A DNA stretch of 64,000 nucleotides from Lepidodermella squamata (Eukaryota; Animalia; Gastrotricha), in assembly GCA_047495785.1 (NCBI GenBank), contig JBLDXI010000001.1:1426001-1490000 (forward strand). Reading direction: 5' to 3'. Within the stretch, counting starts at the first letter, position 1. Every line of letters starts with the position of its first letter. This document shows, in pieces, positions 12,379-22,554 of the stretch. The translations under genes and the position numbers were made by a program. The notes below the pieces were generated by a model that saw only the letters and a program-made list of their open reading frames with translations, did not search any database and had not been told where the DNA came from.

Positions 12379-13218
12379 ACGGCGACAAACAAAAATGATA
12401 ACGCTGCAGCAGGAATGCTGATTGGCGATTAACTTGATAAATTAAATTAAATGTTTCTCTAGTCAATATCCTATGTCTTTACCTAAGTCGCTATGATGAT
12501 CATTTCTGTACCTGCAATGTAAGTGATACGGAGCAAACAACAAAACAAACTGCCTTCTAATTTATAAATTAAAAACAGAAATATCAATCAATTAGATAAC
12601 TTTAGCAAGCCTTCTCTCGAACTCTGAGGAATATCTGCTTTTGTTCACGTGGTTAATCAATAAATCAGTTTAATTAGGGGAGTTCAGACTGACTTTTTTA
12701 CTTGTTATTGTGTTATTGTTATTATATAGGAGCCGGTGGGTGCCAGCGTTTAAAAGGGCGGGGCGGCTAATTTAGCCGGCATCATTTCGCCTGAAGCTCT
12801 CTCGTTGATTTACTTTCTCGCATTTCAAAGCACTTTGCAATTTCAGCATGGAAATAGGTTTCGACTCCTATTATTGGCCCAACCCTTGAATAATAGAGCC
12901 AATGACGCAGAGAAACTTAATTTTTTCGCCGCCGCCGCCGCCGTCGTCGTCGTCGCTCTCGGGCGATTAAGCCAACCCACACACCGCTAGATTCGTTACA
13001 TATTTACCTCTCGCGTGCTGCCGCGCCGCGCCGGCCAGGTAGCGATCGGTCTTATTATACTCGCTATTCGAGCAGGCCTTATTTTCGGAAATGAGCTCTG
13101 CAATTTAAAACAAATACGCAAGAAATTTTCTATCGTTGCTTTTTAGTCGCACAGAATAGGAGCATTTTATTTCTTCAAATTTAACCTTTCTTAAATTTTA
13201 TTCCGAAGCAGCTGAGCT

Positions 13219-13619
13219 ATGGTAATTTTTCGCAAATTTTCAGAAATATCTGAAATTAATTGCTTTGTTTTTTAATTACGCAGCGCACCTTAACTGAAGA
13301 AGGTAAATATTTCAAAATTAAACAGTCTCTAATTCACTAAATTTTTCTAAATTGCAGAAGTCGCCAACCTTTTCTCGAAATGCGATGCCAACAGCGACAA
13401 GGAGTTGGATATCAACGAATTCGCTGAATTCATGAAGGAGGTCGGCGCTGCTGATATGCCGCGCGCTGACGTCGAGGCTTTCTTTCACGAGGTCGATAAA
13501 AACAGTAAGGAATTATTGACCTGAAAAATATGGCGCATTGCTAAAGCTCATTATTTTTGTTAGGTGATGGCCGAATCCAGCTTAAAGAGCTGAAAGATGC
13601 CGTTGCCAATCGCCACTAA
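13219..13619 (+). CDS. Small two-EF-hand Ca2+-binding protein, paralog (absent from ORF track)
   Basis: Exons 13219-13221 (ATG only), 13284-13302, 13358-13504, 13564-13619 give MRTLTEEEVANLFSKCDANSDKELDINEF...DKNSDGRIQLKELKDAVANRH*; last intron at the same position as in the 12097 gene. Confidence 0.8.
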
Positions 13620-13720
13620 ACCATCGGAGTCGACGGGACAAGGACATTACTTTCATGTTAACAAATCATAATACTGAATGATGACTAGTATAATAGGCTC
13701 CAAAATTAAGGTTTATCATC

Positions 13721-15023
13721 GTTAGCCCAAAATAATTATCAGAAAACACTGCCGTGAATTTGAATTGTATTATTGTGACCTTTATATAATCAATCCGCAG
13801 GGACATCACGTATTAGGATAGAATCGAATAAAGTTAAATATAGGAACGTAATTTCAGCCGCTGCTTGGCGGGAGCCCCTTCGGAGGCTTTGTAGTTGAAG
13901 TTGGCTTTCTTGTTGTTGTTGTTGACGATTTGCTGTCTGAAAAATGAGTTTAAATTTAATTAAGACGTCGACAGATTTGCTGAGCTTACACGGCAGATTT
14001 CTGACGACATCGACGCCGTCATCAGTGGTATCAGTAACAGACGGTAATCCGGTGAATTCGTCCCCGTTAGTGGTCGGATTCTCGGTCGTTTGCCGTCCCA
14101 CTGGCATGCGGCCTCCATTTCCTCCGGGAGATCCGTTATTGCGTCCTGCTGGGAACCCCGGGAAACCTCCAGGGAACCCTTCAGTTGACCCGTTGCGACC
14201 ACGCATTGGTGGCCAGGGGAAGCCTCCGGATGAGTCGTCTCCTGTCCTGTTTCTACCCATTGGCGGCCAGGAGAAGCCACCGGGAAAGCCATCCCCAGTT
14301 CTGTTTCCACTAAGCGGCGGAACCAGGATGAATGCCGGGAAACTGCCATTACCAACCGGCCAATTTACCGCAGTTCCGTTTCCACTAAGCGGCGGAACCA
14401 GGATGAATGACGGGATACTGCCATTAACAAAGGACCCATTTACGAAAGGCGGGAAGCGACTCCGACCACCATCACGATCTCCGTTGCCACGGCGGCCCCC
14501 TCCTGATGGTGAATTCTCATTGTCATCGCCACCATCATCCCCATTGTCACTTTTCCGACCAACTCGATCTCCCCAAGGGAAACCACCTCCACTGTTTCTT
14601 TGCGGCGGCGGGAATGGACGAGCACCATCTTGGTCGTCATCCCAGCCATCATCAACCGGTTCGTCGTCATCAACATCTCGTTTGTTACCACCGCCTTGCC
14701 CACCGCCACCCCATCGCTGGCCTGTAAAAAGGGCTGGTTAAGAATACGAATGAATAAATCATTTCCCAATTCTAACCAGATACGACAGCAATGCCGAACA
14801 AAATAATAGCCGATGTCAGCCTCATTTCTCAAGTTTCAGGATTATAGAGTAGATCACTTCATAAAAATCTCCCTCGCTTATAAGGCGTTTATAAGGCAAG
14901 AATTGTCTTGTTAGCCTCATTGCAGCGTGCTGTTTACCGCGAATTACTTCCATCACTGCTCAGCCAAGTTCTGTCGTACGTGTTGTCAAAAACGTGAAAA
15001 AGTAATTGGAACGGTGAATAAGA
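13721..15023. repeat. Tandem segmental duplication unit A (partner 17798-19377)
   Basis: Shared 3' flank (GAAAACACTGCCGTGAATTTGAAT), coding sequence, introns and promoter (ACTGCTCAGCCAAGTTCTGTC, GGAACGGTGAATAAGAA) with the second copy. Confidence 0.9.
13854..14825 (-). CDS. Secreted low-complexity Gly/Pro/Phe/Asp-rich disordered protein A
   Basis: MRLTSAIILFGIAVVSG|QRWGGGGQGGGNKRDVDDDEPVDDGWDDD...FPWPPMRG..GFPGGFP...|YSKSSTTTTRKPTSTTKPPKGLPPSSG*; two GT-AG introns; TATA-like TATAA about 50 nt upstream. Confidence 0.8.
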
Positions 15024-15047
15024 AAACATTTTGGGTGCGTTTCTTTA

Positions 15048-15174
15048 TTACCAGCCATTTTTCATTTTAAAATTACAATGAAACTCAGACATCTTACCTC
15101 ATCTTAACATCTTACCTCAGACATCTTTGTTACCAGCCATTTTTTATTTTAAAATTACAATGAAACTCAGACAT
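15048..15174. repeat. ~45-bp direct repeat
   Basis: TTACCAGCCATTTTT(C/T)ATTTTAAAATTACAATGAAACTCAGACAT at 15048 and 15130. Confidence 0.85.
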
Positions 15175-15253
15175 TACTTTATCACATTTTTTCATCATTT
15201 TCCAAAAAAATAATTTTAGTGAAATCACGCGTGCTGATTATAAAATACAGTAA

Positions 15254-16400
15254 TAGGGTAAGGTTACCTAAATCTGCATACAAAATTTCCACTTTTTTCA
15301 AACGCTTGTCATTCCATGAGGTTCTCCGGGCTTAAATTTTGACCATAAACAGTCAGAACCCATTCCAATAAGCTCACAAAATCTCATGAGCCAATTCCTC
15401 ACCGTTAGGGAGCCATCGTTGGTGAAAGTCAAAAAAAGGCAAACATCTAAAATCGTTCGAATCTGCATAAAAGCTTCACTTCTAAACCTAGTCTTCGCGC
15501 TGGAAACTTGAAACATTAGTTCGATGCGGTTTTCTTTAAGCAGGATCTTTTCACAAAATGCGCGTGTTTTTTAGTGTATAGCGCACTTTTTGCGCAATCC
15601 TACCAATTTTTGTCAAACCTTTTCTCCGGCTGTACTACTTCAAATCAGACTCCAATTTTTTATGGTGAATAGACGTGGTCTTAAACTTCAAAACTGCAAA
15701 AGGTTGGGCCGAGCCTTGTGCAACGGCCAAGCCTTGGCGCCCGCCTGAAGCTGAAAAAATTAAACAAAAAATTTCGCAAAAAGATCTCATTTTCAACGAA
15801 TTTCTTCGTCGAATTATCGTGTGTCGCCGATTTAAACGAATTTTCGCATGGAGATAAAGAATGCTTGGAACTACTTAGCCCCAAAGGGGCGGGTCCGTAT
15901 ACGCAATGGAGGATTTTCAGGAATAAAACCCACTTTTTGATATAACGCGCGTAACAATAGCCGTCCCAATAGCAAACAATCGACATAGGATGTTCTCGTT
16001 TTGTTGAAAAATCTACAGCTCTTCAACTTCTGTTCTCTATGGTGAGACAACAATTGGAGAAAAGGCTGAGTTCGTCAAATTATCCTTTCAACATGGCGAA
16101 TCGCCAATGGCTGCAATTCGAGCTTTTTGCCGACAACGCAACTACAACGGAAAAATAAAGGTTCCGCAAAAGACTCATATCATGGAATGGGTCCGCCGAT
16201 TTTAACATTGCTTGGTTAAGAATAACCGTGTTCCTCATCAACCTTCAGTGCGCACCAAAAGAATGATCAAGTCCATCCGAAGAGCCATCAAGTATGTACT
16301 CAATTAAAAACATAATTAGCTGAGAACTACTTGGCCTGGTAATTCGCCCGACCTCAACTGCTGTGATTACTGCTGGCTCTGGGGCGACCGAAGGGAAACT
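15254..16400 (+). mobile_element. Decayed Tc1/mariner-superfamily transposon relic
   Basis: WPGNSPDLNCCDY at 16332-16370 matches the WPxNSPDLNPxDY transposase motif; surrounding frames are broken; possible left end TA|GGGTAAGG at 15254; no right TIR found. Confidence 0.55.
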
Positions 16401-17466
16401 TGGCAATTAAATCGGCAGACTATGGGAACAAACAAAATTTAGCATTTTGTAGTTGTATCATTAAAGGCCCTCCGCCTTTTTCGACGCTATAGGCACATTA
16501 TTTGTTTGACAGATCACAGAAATAATTCGCCCCCATGCTAATCACGGCTCTATGGTCGAATGACACATGGATCTCGATGTATAGTTGTTATTGTTTATGT
16601 ATTTTTTGTTGAAGTTTGGTTTGGATAGAAAAGCAGAAAATTGCAGATTCGTTGGTCGACCTTCGCGGCTTTGACGGGCAGGGAGAAAGGCTCATTTCAG
16701 GGCTATAGTGGCACAAAGCGTATTTTCTGAAATGATTGAAGGCAGGGATTAGCTCATATGAAAACGGCTTACGATGCATATCCAATATCCCTAATCACAC
16801 CAGGCTCTTCATAGAGCTAAAGGCTTAAAGGCTCAGGGCTCAGAGCTCAAGGATCCGGTGTTAGGTGTCAGGCTCAGGCTCTCGAAGACGAGCTATAGCT
16901 CAGAAAACAGTCCAAGAATTGACCAAATGGCGGTTAAAAAACTAACTTGGGTCAACATTTCTTTGACATAGATACTGTACGCACTGATAAAGAAACGAAA
17001 AACAGATTTTGCTCATGGTTAGAATGCTTCAACGCTGCCCTATAAGAGCAGCTGGGAGCATAAGAGCATCCGGCGGTCGCCGGCTTCAACTTCGTCCCAT
17101 TGATGCATGATGGGTTGTAAGATGGTTTGGAAGAACTTGGTTCAACAATATGTCCCTTCAGCGGTGATATTATTTCAACAGGCGACACTTCAGTAACTGC
17201 CACTTCAGCAGAAGACGTTTTCTACATCAAAAAATCTTTTTAGCGAAGGAAATTTACTTGAGCGGAACCTAATAGTACCTAGTTTGCCAAATGTTTATTT
17301 TTCCAAAATAATATTCTAAGAATCAGCACAAATTACCCAACCTGCAGCAAGATTTAAGAGGCGCGCCGCACGAGGACATAACACGTTAAGACGTAAAATT
17401 ATTTAAAAAAAAATAAAAAATGCGATTGAAAAGTCAATTTTGACAAGTATTTTCGCACTTACACGG

Positions 17467-17494
17467 CATGTGACGTAGATATCTACGTCACATG
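17467..17494. repeat. Perfect 28-bp palindrome
   Basis: CATGTGACGTAGAT|ATCTACGTCACATG. Confidence 0.9.
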
Positions 17495-17927
17495 TTACAA
17501 GGGGGTGGGCAGTGCGTTCGATGAGCCAGGAGAAAAATATTTTTCTATCATACGTATTTTATGAATTTCAGCCGCAATCGCGTCGAATAACTTAGCACAG
17601 ATTCAACAAGTGATAATTGGTGCGTACTTTTTCTCCGCACACCTTGCACTCCTTAATCGCGCTTGCGATTGCCGGCGTCCCATATCGCTCAGAGCCGCCG
17701 TAAGCCGCCGAAACACGCCTGGATAAGTAAACAACGGGTGGATACACGCTGTAAGTGGTATTGAGCGTTGAATGCTCTTATAGCACAGCGTTTAAATGTT
17801 AGCCTAATAACTATCCGAAAACACTGCCGTGAATTTGAATCATTTTGACCTTTATTTATTCAATCTGCAGGAACATAACATTTTACGATAGAAGTGAATG
17901 AAGTTAAATATAGGAACGTATTTATTT

Positions 17928-19134
17928 TCAGCCGCTGCTTGGCGGGGGCCCCTTTGGAGGCCTTGTAGTTGAAGTTGGCTTTCTTGTTGTTGTTGAAGTT
18001 TTGCTGTCTGAAAAATAAGTTTAAAATTTAATTAAGACGTCGACAGATTTGCTGAGCTTACTCGGCAGATTTCTGACGACATCGACGCCGTCATCAGTGG
18101 TATCAGTAACAGGCGGTAATCCGGTGAATTCGTCCCCGTTAGCGGTCGGATCTTCGGTCGTTTGCCGACCCCGACCGCCTGGCCTACCGCCCCCGTTTCC
18201 TCCGGGAAACCCGCTAGGAAAGCCATCCCAACCAGACCCGTTGTTACGTCCTCCTGGGAACCTCGGAAAACCTCCAGGGAAACCACCAGTTGACCCGTTG
18301 AATCCTGATGGTGGCCAGGGAAAGCCAGTGTTTCCAGTGTTTCCACGCATTGGTGGAGGAAAACCTCCAGGGAACCCACCAGTTGACCCGTTGAAGCCGG
18401 ATGGTGGCCAGGGAAAGCCAGTGTTTCCAGTGTTCCCGCGCATTGGTGGCCGCGGGAACCCCCCGGATGAGTTATTTCCATCCATTGGCGGCCAGGTGAA
18501 GCCACCAGGAAAACCATCGCCAGTGTTTCCACCAGGCGGGAATGCCGGGAAACTACCATTACCACCAGGGAAATTTCCGAAAGGCGGGAAAGGTGGGAAG
18601 CGACCTCGACCGCCATCACGGCCTCCGTTCCCACGGCGGCCCCCTCCTGAAGGTGAATTCCCATTGTCACCATAACCAGAATCACCGTTGCCTCCATTCC
18701 AATCACCAGTATCCCCTCTCCTTCGCCCAGATGGTCGCCCAGTGTCGCCGTTATCACCCCCGTTATCATCATCGCCACCATCATCCCCATTGTCACCGTT
18801 CCAGTTACCTCGGCCTCCGCCTTGACCTCCCCAAGGGAAGCCGCCTCCACCGTTTCTTCGCGGCGGCGGTGGCGGAAACGGGAATGGAGGGCCATCTTGG
18901 TCATCATCCGAGCCATCATCGACCGGTGCGTCGTCATCAGCACCTCGTCTGTTACCTCCGCCTTGCCCTCCGCCTTGCCCTCCGCCTTGTCCTCCGCCTT
19001 GCCCTCTGCCACCCCATCGTTGGCCTGTAAAAATGGTTGGTTAAGAATACGAATGAATACCGCATTTCCTAATTCTAACCAGATACGACAGCAATGCCGA
19101 ACACTGTCAAAATAATAGCCGATGTCAGCCTCAT
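17928..19134 (-). CDS. Secreted low-complexity Gly/Pro/Phe/Asp-rich disordered protein B (paralog of A)
   Basis: MRLTSAIILTVFGIAVVSG|QRWGGRG(QGGG)4NRRGADDD..., internal duplication of PPMRGNTGNTGFPWPPSGFNGSTGGFPGGFP, ends NSKTSTTTRKPTSTTRPPKGPPPSSG*; same two introns as A. Confidence 0.8.
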
Positions 19135-19401
19135 TTCTCAAGTTTCAGGATTACGGAGGAGATTACTTCATCAAAATCTCCCTCGTTTATAAGGCTTTGA
19201 GCTTTGGATATACGTGACTTAGCGGCAAGAATTTTCTTGTTAGCCCAATCATCAATAGAATGTTATAGCGTGATGTTTGCCGCAAATTACTTCTACCACT
19301 GCTCAGCCAAGTTCTGTCATACGTGTTGTAAAAAAAATGATGAAATGTGAAAAACGAGTTGGAACGGTGAATAAGAATAAATTTTATCAGGCTATATATG
19401 T

Positions 19402-20428
19402 CTATAATGCCATCTGGATAACGGAAATAGTGATAACAATAACGCTAGCGAGATTCATTGATGATCCGGACGAACAACCATCGTCGGAACTTATTTGTCG
19501 ATTGTTCATGGGTTTCGCCCTCTGCTTTGGCGGGGCGGGAGTGGCTGCAGCAGTGGTTGTTGGAGGATCCGTCCGCGGCACCCTCGGACCATTATTGCCA
19601 CCTCCATCCATGTTGTCTCCAGGTCTGAACCCTCCATTTTGGCCGCCATTCTGTCCACCATTGGGTCCCATTCCACCATTGGGCCCCATTCCACCCATTC
19701 CACCCATTCCACCCATTCCACCCTGACCTCCACCCTGACCTCCACCCTGACCTCCACCCTGACCTCCACCCGGGCCTCCTTGGCCTGGTGGTCTGTTGGG
19801 CATATCCCACTCAGAGGCCTCCTCGTCTGTCAACGTAACACCGCAAACTTGAGCGCAGGCTTTGATCGTTTGGAAATTGTTTCCTTCACTGGGAGGACGG
19901 CAGCCGACGAAAGCTTGACACTTTTTAGCCGTATCGCTGTAAAAGAATCGTATCTTCACCTTGTCCAGTTCACCTGGACAGATGTCTTCGCGCAATCGGA
20001 AGCTGCGACGGCACACTAATGAAATAAAAGTAAAGGATATCAAGTTCTGTCAATTTAAACGAACCAGCTGCATTTGGCAGGGTGTCGTTTGTTGTCTCGG
20101 GGCTTGTGATGGACATCATGATTGTCGCGAGACCGCCATGGCCCATTCCAGGCGGACCCATGCCACCCTGCCCTCCCCCCATTCCCATCATACCTCCTGA
20201 CCCACCCCCGAATCCTCCCTGGCCTCCTTGTCCACGGCCGCCTTGCCCGCCACCTTGACCTCCTCCAGGACCTCCCCCTCCGCCAAAACCACCGAATCCC
20301 CCGAACAATCCCCCGAAACCACCCCCACCACCACCACCACCACCACCACCGCCGCCGCCGCCGCCGCCGCCTTGTTGTGCTGCTGCGAATCGCACGATAG
20401 CGAGAGCTAAAGCCACTTTTTGCCACAT
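19402..20428 (-). CDS. Secreted poly-Gly protein with divergent Kunitz/BPTI domain and hydrophobic C-terminus (possible GPI anchor)
   Basis: Signal MWQKVALALAIVRFAAA; poly-G and GGQG/GGM repeats; 49-nt intron 20016-20064; six-Cys domain C..C..RFFY..KKCQAFVGC..GNNFQTIKACAQVC; tail SSGSSMNLASVIVITISVIQMAL. Confidence 0.82.
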
Positions 20429-20674
20429 TTCTACTAAGTGTTAGAAAAACTCTTACTGAGAGATGACATACATTTTCCTGACGCTTGTTTCGTGACCTCG
20501 TGGTTGTAAAAAATTGAGAAGGGAAACAAAGGGTAGCATTGTTTATTCTGGTTTTTGGCTGCCATGGCTATGCACAGTTAGAGAGCTAACTTTTTTTTCA
20601 TGTAGTTCTGTTTTTCCTATGGGTCATGTAGGCGTGAAGGTGCTGGAAGTAAAATAATTGGAAGAGGCTCGATT

Positions 20675-21439
20675 TTAATTGTTTTTAATGCCATGATTGA
20701 TTGCACGATTGCCACTAGGCCCTGCAAACACATTGCCACTGAACTGGCCTAGACGCTGCTGCTGGGTATTGCCACTATTACTGCCAGCATGGTTGCTCCC
20801 GTGGTTGCCCATTCCCATGCCGCTATGGTAGCTGCCCCATTGCGAGAACATGTCACTCCAATACCCCGTGACATTAACGTTGCAAACTCGGCCGCATGCT
20901 TCAAGGCTGACAAAGTTGTTTCCAGGAGAATTCGGCTTGCAGCCAAAAAACATCTTGCACTTCTTGGTATTCGCCCGATCATAAAAGAAACGGCTCCTTG
21001 TCTTGTTCAGCTCACCAACACAGACGTCCTCAAGTCGAACATCAGTTGCGCAAACAGCTTTGTCAGGATCGGTCTCATTTTCGCTGCGTCCCCACATTCC
21101 AAAGCCCATTCCTTGGTAAAAAGAAATAGCTGATGAAAGTGATGAGCTTCTTATTCGGGAAAACTTACCCATCATTCCACCTTTCCCCCCACCCCAATTC
21201 CCCCAGTTTCCCCGATCTCCCCACATATTGGTGCCATTACCGTTATTGCCGAAGTTACCGAAATTGTTTCCCCAGGAGCGCCCGCCGTTTCTCCAGTCAC
21301 CTCCCCCAAAATTTCCCCAGGGGTTGTTGCCCGGATTGCCATTGCTGCCCTGATTACCGTTATTATTGTTATTTTGGGCAACAGAACTATTCGCGAGGTA
21401 CAAAACAGCTAATGCGAATAAGGTAACTTTGAATACCAT
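20675..21439 (-). CDS. Secreted Gly/Asn/Trp-rich protein with divergent Kunitz/BPTI domain
   Basis: Signal MVFKVTLFALAVLYLANSSVA; WGN/GN repeats; 57-nt stop-free intron GTAAGT..CCAAG (~21112-21168); RFFYDRANTKKCKMFFGC..GNNFVSLEACGRVC; 3' end slightly uncertain. Confidence 0.8.
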   Translation of the reverse strand: MVFKVTLFALAVLYLANSSVAQNNNNNGNQGSNGNPGNNPWGNFGGGDWRNGGRSWGNNFGNFGNNGNGTNMWGDRGNWGNWGGGKGGMMGKFSRIRSSSLSSAISFYQGMGFGMWGRSENETDPDKAVCATDVRLEDVCVGELNKTRSRFFYDRANTKKCKMFFGCKPNSPGNNFVSLEACGRVCNVNVTGYWSDMFSQWGSYHSGMGMGNHGSNHAGSNSGNTQQQRLGQFSGNVFAGPSGNRAINHGIKNN

Positions 21440-22554
21440 GTTACTTCTCGTGCTATTTGTCTTGGAAAAATGCAGACAGACGAACTGATAAAGGTACATG
21501 TTTCTCGAGGTGACATCAGCCTCTTGCTTGGTTCCTTAATGGGCATGCGAGGGTTGAAGATCACTTCGCTGACGTCGCAGTAATTGCACTGCTAATGAGG
21601 TAAAAGCCTCAGACAAAAAAAGCCCACGCAAGACGTTCAGCAAAACCTCGTTTTACTTTCATTATCATGTCTCGATAATTGTTCGAAAAGTCCAGTAATT
21701 CATCTCATAAGAATAGAAATTTCACAAACTTGAAATGATGCTATTTACAAAAGTTGTTAATAAATAACTGTAAAATCAACCAGATTTAAATTCAGAAGAG
21801 TAATTCGAAGACATAAATATGACAATAATGCAATCGATTATTTTATAGTTCATTTGTAAAATAGATGCACATAATTATATCGAGAGATAAACACATAATT
21901 TTGCTAGAATCGTTTCCTGTACAGTTAGTCATTCGATTTGGCGTTCCTTGATTCACGGATGTCGTCGACCTCGACTGAAGCTTGCGTATTTCCCCGCATA
22001 GTCTCATTTTTCCTTGCGCATCGAGGATTCGTTCCTTCCCGATTGTTTCATGTATAAGCCCACAACCGCGACCAAAACAAAGATTAAACAGTCATCGATT
22101 ATATAGAAAATGTACAGTATTTACAGACCGGCAATATGAAAGGTCAACATTTATCTCAATGATAAGACAAGATATTTCAGTGTTTCAGTTGATCTGCATG
22201 CAGCGGCGGTATTATTCGCGGATCAGTTTCAATGGTGCTTGTAATTTTTTGTCTCTAATTCGGCACGTTTGCGTATAATAGGATTATAGCTTGACAACAG
22301 ACAACAGATCAAGCAAAGAAAGCGATGAATTCTACTGAGTCATAACGTGGCTTGCTCGCTTGACAATGCCGATCAAGCGAAGCTCATCGCACTCAGCACC
22401 GGGTCAACATCTAAAATCGTTCTCCGATGAGTTATTTATCCGTGTTTTTGGTTAGTTCCACAGAATGAGAAAAGATCTAGTAGTGGCTCAAACGGAAAGT
22501 GAAATGTAAGGACACAATTGAGATTCGTATATAGGTATCAGTTATATTTACAGC

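Noticed and set aside
13944-20410. Long plus-strand Pro-rich ORFs and alternative-frame ORFs (e.g. 13944-14741, 18049-18675, 18032-19141, 20055-20426)
   Set aside because: Shadows of Gly-rich coding sequence on the minus strand; the spliced signal-peptide frame explains them
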